Assembly: GCF_044704955.1 (NCBI RefSeq)
Contig: NW_027252889.1
Span: 310,001-374,000 of the forward strand
Direction of reading: 5' to 3'
DNA length: 64,000 bases
Source of the DNA: Pristiophorus japonicus
Lineage: Eukaryota
The notes beneath the pieces were generated by a model. It was not told where the DNA came from, did not search any database, and worked only from the letters and a program-made list of their open reading frames with translations. A program made the position numbers and the translations under genes. This document shows positions 36,629 through 48,779 of this stretch, piece by piece (position 1 is the stretch's first letter; each line of letters starts with the position of its first letter).

Positions 36629-39512
36629 CTATGTAGCTTGGTTGTGCAGGGACCCTCCCCGGATGACGAACTGATGATATTGTTAAAAATTCGGAATGAG
36701 TGGCAACCCTTCTTGATAGATACGGGAGCCTTCATTTCTTCTGTACAATCAAAGCTTAAACTCCCCGCCTTCACTGAAACACAGGGACTGTCAGGATTCC
36801 TGGGACAAGTCTCTACATTCCCGATGTCAGAACCGGTTAAAATGGGTTACCAGGAAGAATCGGTGGAACATCGATTTGTTATCACAACCAATCTGGACTG
36901 TAACTTGATGGCTAGAGACCTCCTCTGCAAATTCCAGTTGCATTTGGAGTGTGGAGATGATGGGATTATTGTAAAACAAGGAACCCTTAAGCGGCAGAAT
37001 TATACCACTAGAACCCCTCAGTGGTGGTCTCTGGACCTGCCGCAGGCACCCTATCACGTGACCCTAGCATACGATCCCAGTGGAAAGAATCAGGACCTGC
37101 AGAACTTTTATCAGGATCACGAAGGGGAAGTGAAGGAAATTCTATTAAGGGCTAGAGTGACTGGACCGGAAGGGAAGGCAGATTTTGTGGAAATGGACAG
37201 CCCCCAACGGTGGCACCACATATTACTCGTGAAGTATTACCTCCCCACCACGCTAAAGATTTGGGAGTTATGGTGCGCCAGGCTATAGACGAGGCTGACC
37301 CTACCAGCTGGGATGTGCAAATTGTAAAACATGGCCGAACAGGCCAATTCCACGGGGACCCCGAGAAGGTCTTAACGACTCTGCAGCATCATACTGGTTC
37401 TGACATACCTGACTATGTGGATTCTCATGTGTGGGAAGAGGACCCCTCCCAAGTGGGTTATACTCCCATTGATCCGATTGAGATCCCAGTGCAGGGCAAT
37501 GTGGACTGGCCCTCTATCCGACAGTACCCACTGAAATCACAGGCAATACCGAGTATCCACCGAGCTCTGGAGGCTAGCCGAGTCGAACCAATTTGCCAGT
37601 TTCCAGTCCCTAGCACGGCTAAACAAATGCGACAGTGGTTGGGGATGATCAATTACTGCAGATCCTGGATCCCTAATGTTGCCCTGATGACTAAGCACCT
37701 CACCCCGTATATAAATAAGGAAGGCAGCTTTGAAATAGAAACCGCAGACGTCCAAGCCTTTAAGGAACTAAAGACAGTCCTGCTGCAAGCTCCGGCTTTG
37801 GTCCGGCCCCTCTATGACCTTTCAACTGTATTGTACAATCCTGAAAGACTGTGCTACCGTTGTCTTAACACCTCTCACTCCGTAGCTGCCCTCCTGAGCC
37901 AGCTGCAGACTCAACACCTTACCATGGCCAGGCAAAGCAGATATGAGATCTACCTACTAAACAATCCTAAGCTGACCTTTCGGCACTGTACTGCAATTAA
38001 TCCGGCCTGTTTTCTTACTGAGCCGCCCCAAGATGAGGAAGAACCCAGTCATGACTGTTTATCTTTAATTCAAGAGGCCACATCAGTCAGGGAAGATTTA
38101 GTTGATGTACCAATGGAAGATCCAGGCTGTATTATGTATGTTGACGGAAGTTCTTCTATTAATCCAGAAGGTACACGAATCTCAGGATACGCCATAGTAA
38201 ACCAGGAGAATCAGGTCTTGAAATCTGCCGCCTTTGAAACCGCCTATTCTGCCCAACAAGCTGAACTATTCACCCTCACCCGAGCCTATATCTTGGCCAA
38301 AGACCTCAAAGTCAATATCTATACCGACTCTAGGTATGCCTTTGGGGTGGCCCATGATTTCGGACAATTATGGAAAAATAGGGGATTCCTAACCTCACAG
38401 GGGAATGAGATATTCCATAAGCAACTAGTATCTGATTTGTTGCAAGCCCTCATGCTCCCCAAGCACATTGCCGTTGTTAAATGTACCGCCCACACCACCG
38501 GAAAATCCCCGGTTGATATCGGGAACCACTGTGCTGACAAAGAAGCTAAACAGGCCTCTCGTGACCAACAGATGGTAGTGTCCAAAATGATGAGTCAGAC
38601 TAAAAAATCCTGCGAAGGATAAGTTAGCCTCGGAAAAACCAATGCCAACCATCCAAGATGTTATTAAAGCACAGGAGGACGCTCCTGAAAAAGAAAAACT
38701 GTTGTGGAAAAATTATGGATGTACTTATGACAATGTTTCTAAACTCTGGACCACTCCCGCGGAACAGACTTGCATGTCTGATGAGTTGGCTCTATGGGTT
38801 ATTGAATGTATGCATTTTTGCTACTCATTGTGGAGCAAGGACCACGAGTGACACACTTTTGGCTACTTGGTGGCATCCTAGACTCCAGGCGCTCGCCCAG
38901 AACATCAGTAGTCGTTGCCTGGTTTGCCAGCAACATAATCCAGGGAAGGGAGTCCTCTGTGATTGGGGTAAAATGCCCCTACCCGAAGGTCCCTTTGAGA
39001 CATTTCAGTTGGACTACATTGAGTTGCAAAAAGTTCAGTGTTACAAATATGTGTTAGTAATAGTAGATGTGTTTAGCAGGTGGATTGAAGCCTACCCTAC
39101 CCTGGACAATAAGGCTCAAACTGTTGTTAAGGTGTTAATGAGGGAAATTGTTCCTAGATATGGTATCTCAGCTCGACTGATGACCACCTATGTTCTTTCT
39201 CTGACTCAGGCTCTGCGACTAGCTCACAACCAGGTTCAAGAGGCTCACCTCGATCTCCCAGTTTTACCCAAATCGTCCCTCATGGTACCTGGGAAGTATG
39301 TCCTGATTAAGAGGTGGATTCGGAAGGGATTGGAGCCACAATGGGAGGGGCCTTTTCAGGTGTTATTCACTACCCCCACTGCAGCCAAGGTTGAGGAGAG
39401 AAGTGCCTGGGTTCACCTGCACCACTGCAAGCTCACCACCCCCGAACAAACCTATTTTACTGGCTATTCTAATTCCTGTTTCTGTTCCAGACTTCCTCTT
39501 CTCCATAGCTGA
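36629..39512 (+). pseudogene. pol: ERV2 pol: protease, 2H-like domain, RT with core deleted, RNase H, IN with core partly deleted
   Basis: FLIDTGA; HVT/HIT pair; IRQYPL jumps directly to the RT thumb (WLGMINYCR) with no LPQG or YxDD; YVDGS, AQQAEL, YTDSRY; QLDY, GPF. Confidence 0.88.
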
Positions 39513-39677
39513 ACAAGGCCGTTGACATCCTAATTGTAACGTGGACCAGTTTGAACTTTTACCCGTAGTGATAGACAGCCAGCTACACCGACGGTGACCT
39601 AAGAAGAGAGACGGGAGAACCGAACTCTTTTAATCAGCAAAATAATTGGACTATTTATCTGAATCCTGAGCCATAAG

Positions 39678-41115
39678 ATGAAACTGTGTCTGTATGCCAC
39701 AGTCTGTATAATATGACAGTTTCAGCGCATGGGAGGGGAGACAGAGAAGAGAGCTCCATGTAAACACCTTTTTGTACATGTCTTATGTTTATGCGCAATA
39801 TGGGAACTTTTCTTGATGCTGGGTGTGCTCACATATCCCTATACATTCCAAAGGGGGTATTCCTTTACGCCCCGTTCCACTGACCCTAACTGAGACTGTC
39901 AAGTGGCTTCTGAGCCAGACTAGCATGAGCGGAGGGGGGCCAATGCAAATACGAGAGAGGAAAGGCGGGTCAAAAGAGGGATCACAGAGATCAGGAGGCG
40001 TATTATACCGTTACCACATGAACGACCACGGGGAGGTCACCAAGTGGGAGCGTGCTGGAGACCCCATTAGTCAGATGTCCCAGGGATGGTACCAACCAAC
40101 CTACGACTGTGGAAAGGAACCCCCATTCTTAGCTCTGACCAATACCTCGGGGATTGGGAGGCCAACCGGGGACATATGTCGAACCCGAAATGACACCAGT
40201 AACAAGGGACATATCATAGGGTACAGCAAATGCCCACACAATCTCAACATCACCACAGGTGCACGAGTCACCATCCTCTCTCACCTTCCGAGTAAAACAG
40301 GTGGAGGTTTGTGGGCCCAGTCCTGGGACCCGGAAGCAATATATCAGAAAGCAGCTTTTAACGGCACGTATTTCGTGTGCGGTCATAAGGCATATCCTTG
40401 GTTGCCCAGGCGATGGACAGGGTCCTGTTATCTGGGATATGTGGTGCCATTTGTGCGGCAAGTACGTACCCTGGTGGAAGCACATGCCTCCAGCCGATAC
40501 AAGCGAGCCATCACCCCCGTCGACAAGTTCTTTGGGGTCATGATGTTCCCAATCAGGATAGGACGTCTCACGGATGAAGTACAGAACCTAGAGACGATAT
40601 TGGAACAGATAGCTAACAATACTGCTGAAGCTCTGGAGGGCATCATAGCTGAAATGGTAGCAATAAGGACCGTAGCATTACAAAACCGAATGGCCCTCGA
40701 TTACCTGTTAGCTGAGAAAGGGGGAACGTGTGCCCTGATAGGATCTGAATGTTGCACTTACATTCCCGATAGTTCAGAAAACATAACCAATCTCGCTGAT
40801 CACATAAGAAGGGAGGTGAAGAAGTTATCCACACCAGCAGAAGGATCTAACTGGTTTGATGGGCTATCAGATGGATCTTGGAGATCCTATCTAATGCATG
40901 GGGCAATTATTCTCATCGTAGTAATAATTGCCTGTTGTTTGCTTGTTGGTTGCCTTAACCTTTGTTATAAAGTAATGATGGCAAGGTTAGTAAACCCTCT
41001 TGTGGTCAAGGGCTCCCGAGTTATGATCCAACGAACTAAAGAACTAATCGACACTAACAACAATATGATTCAGGAAATAGAGTGTGAACGGATGAATGCA
41101 ATACTCCTAGAATGA
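39678..41115 (+). pseudogene. env: ERV2 env (N-terminus disrupted; 430 codons open including the TM anchor)
   Basis: CWVC preceded by a stop; RYKR furin site; LQNRMALDYLLAEKGG; CX6CC; hydrophobic anchor. Confidence 0.9.
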
Positions 41116-41714
41116 TCCTAAGTGTTAGCATGGAATGATAAAAGGGGGAAATGTGAATGTTTAAAAATGTATAAAGTCGAGAAGTTGAGAAAGTGGGAAT
41201 TATATATGGACAGTATAAGCTAACAAAGAATTCATGGTGGAATAGCCATGACATCTCAGACTCGAGACTGCGAAATGTTACAACACTAACACATATTGAA
41301 ACAAAACCCACAGCTTGCAGAAAAACCTCAAGGTCTTATTAAATTATGTTATTAACCTGAAACCTGAAACATTAACAGAAGGTCTTTGTTTAAAATCAGA
41401 CCATACTTAGGTCGGCTTATGAGTGGACAAAGGGAAAGAGGGATCAAAAGGGATAGGCTGAACTAGGATGTCACTCTAGCCCTATCTTGTTATCTTTTGC
41501 CGAAAATGTATAACCGTTGTCCCTTTACAATGTCACGTCACTTTGTCCGTAGGAAGTGAGTGCGTTCTATCAGAGTTGCATTCCTTCTGTCTGATAAGGT
41601 CCCCGATCGGGATTTGCTTTTTAAATAAAAGCTTGCTCTGTTTAAAGCACAATCGGTATTCGACTCAGTGATTTCACTGAACCAGATTGAGGGAAAAGAA
41701 TCCAGAAATCAACA

Positions 41715-44700
41715 CACGTATCATACTCGAGGGCACACAGGTGGACAGGCTGTGCCTGTCCTAGTCACGGTTTTGGTTGGGAGGGGGCAGATGGGATTTC
41801 GGTACCAATGGCGGTGGCTCCTTTCCAGGGCCATCTAACATGGCTCGGAGCACAGTTAAAAAGGTCTCAAACGAGTGGGGAGGGACTGGCTTATCTGTCC
41901 CGGTTTTTTGGGCAGGGGCTGGAGAATTCTTTCCTGCGCTATTCTTCCAAGGATTTCTTCAATCCTTTCTCCAGTGCCCACTCTTTCCACACCCAAAGCA
42001 GGTACGTTTTGTATCGGAGGGGTTGCCCCCTTGTGGTGCCATTCCCTCTTGTCTTGGTTAGGTCAGATTTCGTGAACCCTTCCCTTTTGTGGGGGCTCTT
42101 CTGTCCCTCTGCCGTTTCTGTAAGCTAGGGTCAGCTGCCTAAGCACTCTCTATTCTGTGGCTTGGGGGTCTCTGGGGTCGAACCAGGCCTCAGCCTTGGT
42201 TCTTATTCTGGGTAAACTGTTAGATACTAGGCTTCGGAGCCAGTGGGCTAACTTGTCCGGGTTGAGGTCCCCTCCACAGCCCACAGTCGGTCTGCGAAAG
42301 CCTGTGGGGTTTCCCCTGTGAGCTGCACCGTTTACTCTGGAGAAGGGACTCACTTCATGCAGCCCATAGCTTCTGAAATGTTTTTCTGGATGGCAGCAAG
42401 TGTTTTCTGTCCTCTTTTGCTCTCAGTAGAGAGGGACTGGTACAGTTTGCTATCGAGAGATAGGAGAAGCATCTTTGCCATCTCGGCCTCATCGCACCCA
42501 TTAATATCCCCTGCCTGTTCCACCTCCACAAAGTGAACTGAGGGGTCTCCCTTTGGAGTGAGCTTTCCCAGGTGGCTTATCATAGCCCTAAGCTGGTGGG
42601 GAGTGTGGGGGACCACAAACTGACTTTCCAGGGTCCTGGACCCCCGGCAAGGGTGGGCGGGCCAAACCTCTGTTGCCGGACCGGGCACATTGGCCCTGGT
42701 TCTGGCTCTCCCTGTTCTGGCTCGCCTCCCTCTCCTCCCTGCTGCCAGACCGAGCTGAAACTCGGTGCCACAGGTGCTGGTGGTTCACTATCCCTGTTCA
42801 CCCTGCAACTCGTTCGCCCCTCCTGCTGCTTCACCGGTGTAGTCACCGGTGCTACAGGTAGTGGCCAGGTCGTTTCTTCCTTCTCTTCCAGGTTTACCTG
42901 GGGCGTACCCGGGCTTATTAAACATACCATGCCTTTTGCCTTGGACAGAGCAAGGGTTAAACTCTTGATTTGCTGCTGGCAGGGACTGTGGTCTCCCGAT
43001 TCAAACCCATTAGTGCTAGCTACTTTATACGCTGCTTGCACATCTTTTAAATTTTCCTGGAGCTCTTTTACTTGTAGGGTGAGGCGAGTGCTTTCCTCCC
43101 TCAGTGACTTTTCATTACTTTTGGCCTCGGTAACCTGACATTGAAAATAGTCCTGACTGTTCTTAAACCTTTCCATTAGCTGGGTCTTTTCCTGTTTTAG
43201 CTTACGGAGTTCTCCCCATAACCTTTCTTCTGCCATAGCCCTTTCCTGATAGTTCTCTGCACATTCCCATAACTCTGCCTGTAGTGTCTCATTGGTTTTA
43301 TCCAGGAGTTGGACCTGTCGCTGCAGACAGACCAACCAGATTGCCTTCTCTACTGATTCTTTGTGATTCTTGCTTGCTGTCCACTGAGCTGCAGCGTCGG
43401 CTGGACGCTCAGCGCACAACAGACCAAGCACCCATTCCTTAGTGACATTCACTTTCTTGTACACATAGGAGGAAATCCTCTCTTCCATCTTGGTTCTTTC
43501 CCCCAAACCAGCACGCTCCGCATCACAGCCCTTGTACCAGAGTCCTGCCGCGGTCGCCATTTTGTAAGGAGTGGTCCCGGGCTTCAGGTTCACCTCTGAC
43601 CTACTTGAGCGGTTCGAATGGCTCCCACTCCCTTGGGTTCTACACTCTGGGATTATTTGGGGAATGTGACAAAATGCAAAGTACAACTGGTTTGGTGCAA
43701 AGAACTTTGACTTTATTACAGACAAGAAAGTACAAGGTCAGCCTTATAATCACTGTAATAAAGAACAATACATTACACATTCATAGAAACATAGAAACAT
43801 AGAAAATAGGTGCAGGAGCCGGCCATTCAGCCCTTCTAGCCTGCACTGCCATTCAATGAGTTCATGGCTGAACATGAAACTTCAGTACCCATTTCCTGCT
43901 TTCTCGCCATACCCCTTGATCCCCCGAGTAGTAAGGACTTCATCTAACTCCGTTTTTGAATATATTTAGTGAATTGGCCTCAACTACTTTCTGTGGTAGA
44001 GAATTCCACAGGTTCACCACTCTCTGGGTGAAGAAGTTTCTCCTCATCTCGGTCCTAAATGGCTTACCCCTTATCCTCAGACTGTGACCCCTGGTTCTGG
44101 ACTTCCCCAACATTGGGAACATTCTTCCTGCATCTAACCTGTCTAAACCCGTCAGAATTTTAAACGTTTCTATGAGGTCCCCTCTCATTCTTCTGAACTC
44201 CAGTGAATACAAGCCCAGTTGATCCAGTCTTTCTTGATAGGTCAGTCCCACCATCCCGGGAATCAGTCTGGTGAATCTTCGCTGCACTCCCTCAATAGCA
44301 AGAATGTCCTTCCTCAAGTTAGGAGACCAAAACTGTACACAATACTCCAGGTGTGGCCTCACCAAGGCCCTGTACAACTGCAGCAACACCTCCCTGCCCC
44401 TGTACTCAAATCCCCTCGCTATGAAGGCCAACATGCCATTTGCTTTCTTAACTGCCTGCTGTACCTGCATGCCAACCTTCAATGACTGATGTACCATGAC
44501 ACCCAGGTCTCGTTGCACCTTCCCTTTTCCAAATCTGTCACCATTCAGATAATAGTCTGTCTCTCTGTTTTTACCACCAAAGTGGATAACCTCACATTTA
44601 TCCACATTATACTTCATCTGCCATTCATTTGCCCACTCACCTAACCTATCCAAGTCACTCTGCAGCCTCATAGCATCCTCCTCGCAGCTCACACTGCCAC

Positions 44701-47700
44701 CCAACTTAGTGTCATCCGCAAATTTGGAGATACTACATTGAATCCCCTCGTCTGAATCATTAATGTACAATGTAAACAGCTGGGGCCCCAGCACAGAACC
44801 TTGCGGTACTCCACGAGTCACTGCCTGCCATTCTGAAAAGTACCCATTTACTCCTACTCTTTGCTTCCTGTCTGACAACCAGTTCTCAATCCACGTCAGC
44901 ACACTACCCCCAATCCCATGTGCTTTAACTTTGCACATTAATCTCTTGTGTGGGTCCTTGTCGAAAGCCTTCTGAAAGTCCAAATATACCACATCAACTG
45001 GTTCTCCTTTGTCCACTTTACTGGAAACATCCTCAAAAAATTCCAGAAGATTTATCAAGCATGATTTCCCTTTCACAAATCCATGCTGACTTGGACCTAT
45101 CATGTCACCATTTTCCAAATGCGCTGCTATGACATCCTTAATAATTGATTCCACCATTTTACCCACTACTGAGGTCAGGCTGACCGGTCTATAATTCCCT
45201 GTTTTCTCTCTCCCTCCTTTTTTAAAAAGTGGGGTTACATTGGCTACCCTCCACTCGATAGGAACTGATCCAGAGTCAATGGAATGTTGGAAAATGACTG
45301 TCAATGCATCCGCTATTTCCAAGGCCACCTCCTTAAGTACTCTGGGATGCAGTCCATCAGGCCCTGGGGATTTATCGGCCTTCAATCCCATCAATTTCCC
45401 CAACACAATTTCCCGACTAATAAAGATTTCCCTCAGTTCCTCCTCCTTACTAGACCCTCTGACCCCTTTTATATCCGGAAGGTTGTTTGTGTCCTCCTTA
45501 GTGAATACCGAACCAAAGTACTTGTTCAATTGGTCCGCCATTTCTTTGTTCCCCGTTATGACTTCCCTTGATTCTGACTGCAGGGGACCTACGTTTGTCT
45601 TTACTAACCTTTTTCTCTTTACATACCGATAGAAACTTTTGCAATCCGCCTTAATGTTCCCTGCAAGCTTCTTCTCGTACTCCATTTTCCCTGCCCTAAT
45701 CAAACCCTTTGTCCTCCTCTGCTGAGTTCTAAATTTCTCCCAGTCCTCGGGTTAGCTGCTATTTCTGGCCAATTTGTATGCCACTTCCTTGGCTTTAATA
45801 CTATCCCTGATTTCCCTTGATAGCCACGGTTGAGCCACCTTCCCTTTTTTATTTTTACGCCAGACAGGAATGTACAATTGTTTAATTCATCCATGCGGTC
45901 TCTAAATGTCTGCCATTGCCCATCCACAGTCAACCCCTTAAGTATCATTCGCCAATCTATCCTAGCCAATTCACGCCGCATACCTTCAAAGTTACCCTTC
46001 TTTAAGTTCTGGACCATGGTCTCTGAATTAACTGTTTCATTCTCCAGCCTAATGCAGAATTCCACCATATTATGGTCACTCTTGCCCAAGGGGCCTCGCA
46101 CAATGAGATTGCTAATTAATCCTCTCTCATTACATAACACCCAGTCGAAGATGGCCTCCCCCCTAGTTGGTCCCTCAAAATATTGGTCTAGAAAACCATC
46201 CCTTATGCACTCCAGGAAATCCTCCTCCACCGTATTGCTTCCAGTTTGGCTAGCCCAATCTATGTGCATATTAAAGTCACCCATTATAACTGCTACACCT
46301 TTATTGCATGCACCCCTAATTTCCTGTTTGATGCCCTCCCCAACATCACTACTACTGTTTGGAGGTCTGTGCACAACTCCCACTAACGTTTTTTGCCCTT
46401 TGGTGTTCCGCAGCTCTACCCATATAGATTCCACATCATCCAAGCTAATGTCTTTCCTAACTATTGCATTAATCTCCTCTTTAACCAGCAATGCTACCCC
46501 ACCTCCTTTTCCTTTTATTCTATCCTTCCTGAATGTTGAATACCTCTGGATGTTGAGTTCCCAGCCCTAATCATCCTGGAGCCACGTCTCCGTAATCCCA
46601 ATCACATCATATTTGTGAACGTCTTTTTGCACAGTTAATTCATCCACCTTATTGCGGATACTCCTTGCATTAAGACACAAAGCCTTCAGGCTTGTTTTTT
46701 TTAACATCCTTTGTCCTTTTAGAATTTTGCTGTACAGTGGCCCTTTTTGTTCTTTGCCTTAGGCTTCTCTGCCCTCCACTTTTCCTCATCTCCTTTCTGT
46801 CTTTTGCTTTTGCCTCCTTTTGTCTCCCTCTGTCTCCCTGCATTGGTTCCCATCCCCCTGCCATATTAGTTTAACTCCTCCCCAACAGCACTAGCAAACA
46901 CTCCCCCTAGGACATTGGTTCCGGTCCTGCCCAGGTGCAGACCGTCCGGTTTGTACTGTTCCCACCTCCCCCAGAACCGGTTCCAATGCCCCAGGAATTT
47001 GAATCCCTCCCTTCTGCACCACTGCTCAAGCCACATATTCATCTGCGCTATCCTGCGATTCCTACTCTGACTGGCACGTGGCACTGGTAGCAATCCCGAG
47101 ATTACTACTTTTGAGGTCCTACTTTTTAATTTAGCTCCTAGCTCCTTAAATTCATTTCGTAGGACCTCATCCCTTTTTTTTACCTATGTCGTTGGTACCA
47201 ATGTGCACCACGACAACTGGCTGTTCTCCCTCCCATTTCAGAATGTCCATTCAAAGGTGGTTACAGTAAAAATTACACCTCCCACCTCCCAGTACCTAAG
47301 CCTAGCTAGGTTAGACTCCAGGGCAGGCAGGGACTATGCTTACCAATCCTTTCTGGTCAGTTAGCGGTAGTTCGCGATTTTGTGTTCGTTGAGTTCTGTA
47401 GGTTCTGCTTGCCGTACCCCGAACATCGGAGAGGACTTCTGACTGCACAATCTTCAGTTGGGCTGAGTCCGCTGATGTGGAAAGGCACGTTTTGGATTTG
47501 TGGGGTAAGTACCCATTTTCTATCATTAGAAGTAGGTTTTTACAGTACTTTAGGTAATGTTTTATCCATTGGTAGCACAGGAACAGCTTGTAGAGTGGAA
47601 ACTTTCGATTCTTCGGTTTCTTTCCGTTGGAGTTTTGTTTCGAGTTTGGTCGATCTCGGTGGCTTTTATTGGTACCACGTTGGCTGCGGTCAGTTGCTGC

Positions 47701-48373
47701 CACGATGGTGATCTTCTTCCTTCCCTTTTGGACTTCAGGACTTCGAGGCTGGAGAAGTTCGTTTTCAACTGTTGCGTTGCTCTCTCTCCCTTCTTGATGG
47801 CACAGTCGTAGTATGGTATACACGCATAGCATACTCAGTGTCTCCTGAGGTAGTAGCAACCTAGCCTCTGTTAAAACAGGGGCCAGTTATATGGTTTGAG
47901 CTGTCCTAATCTTCATGCCAAATAAGTCCAGAATTCTGTGTTTAAATTTGGCAGGCTTGACATTACTTTGTAATATTTTGGCGGGCTCATTAAAAGTTTG
48001 CATGTCTTGGGTGGGTTGCTCTTCGAAATCTGTTTCCTGATGGAAAATATTGGCTTGGTAATCGAAATGTCCTTTTGTGCTTGGTTTTTGCATACAGGCT
48101 GTAGTGGGCCCTTTTGTTTTTATGCGTGCCGAAGATGGCTTTTCTCAGTTCGGTTGGATTGCTGGCCATCTCTGAGTTAGTGTTGTAATATTAATCTCTC
48201 TTCTGGAGATTATCGAATATCTATTTCTCCAGACACTTTACGTTAGCCCCAACACCCAGACAGTTCCAATAATCAAGTTGGCTCCTTCAGTTCTTTGAGG
48301 CCTGCCCACAGACTTGAATTTGTCTTGTAAAAGTCCAAAATTCGATTAAAGTTCGTGGTTTCTTCCATAAGCA
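41715..48373 (-). mobile_element. Third LTR element: putative long 5' LTR (about 43640-48373, split by a CR1) and coiled-coil/CA/CCHC gag, truncated at the protease start
   Basis: ORF 42580-43725 is coiled-coil rich; capsid-like frames 42350-42688; CFGCGKSGHWRKD knuckle near 41960-42005; minus-strand aataaa near 43715. LTR limits uncertain (only one copy). Confidence 0.6.
43784..47247 (-). mobile_element. Young CR1 LINE: ORF1 esterase C-terminus and near-complete ORF2
   Basis: TSD CATTCA (43778-43783 and 47248-47253); ORF1 SGNH-type DGLHL; EN 45700-46491; 587-aa open RT; (TTTCTATG)n tail. Confidence 0.95.
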
Positions 48374-48539
48374 CTTTAGGATTTCAACTTTCCAGTAGAT
48401 AGTCCCAAATTAAATTTCCTTTCCAATGAGCCCAAACACTGGTCGGGGGGTGGGGGGGCGTTGGGGGGAGTGGGGGGCGGGGGAGGGGGGGTGGTGGGGC
48501 GGGGGAGGGGGGGGGGGCGGTTTCCAGTGAATTTTGACC

Positions 48540-48722
48540 TTTCACCCCACTGGTCAATGCCTGCCATTCTAAAAAGGACCCGTTTATCCCGACTCTCTGC
48601 TTCCTGTCTGCCAACCAGTTCTCTATCCACGTCAATACATTACCCCCAATACCACGTGCTTTAATTTTGTACACCAATCTCTTGTGTGGGACCTTGTCAA
48701 AAGCCTTTTGCAAGTCCAAATA
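48540..48722 (-). mobile_element. CR1 RT fragment
   Basis: YLDLQKAFDKVPHKRL...KQRVGING. Confidence 0.85.
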
Positions 48723-48779
48723 TTTTCTCTGAACGTAGATGTTATAACCATGCATCCATTGTGGATACAAACCGTATTA

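Larger units (their letters stand above)
33125..41714 (+). mobile_element. ERV2: class-I (epsilon-like) endogenous retrovirus, defective, no TSD
   Basis: LTRs about 33125-33671 and 41152-41714; PBS tRNA-Leu; gag CA/NC, pro, deleted RT, RNase H, deleted IN, env; PPT aaaagggggaaa. Confidence 0.93.

Noticed and set aside
99-46570. Numerous 60-250 aa ORFs antisense to CR1 ORF2 (e.g. 1782-2345, 30439-31047, 45830-46570)
   Set aside because: Recurring shadow frames of CR1 coding sequence, with no independent evidence of coding.
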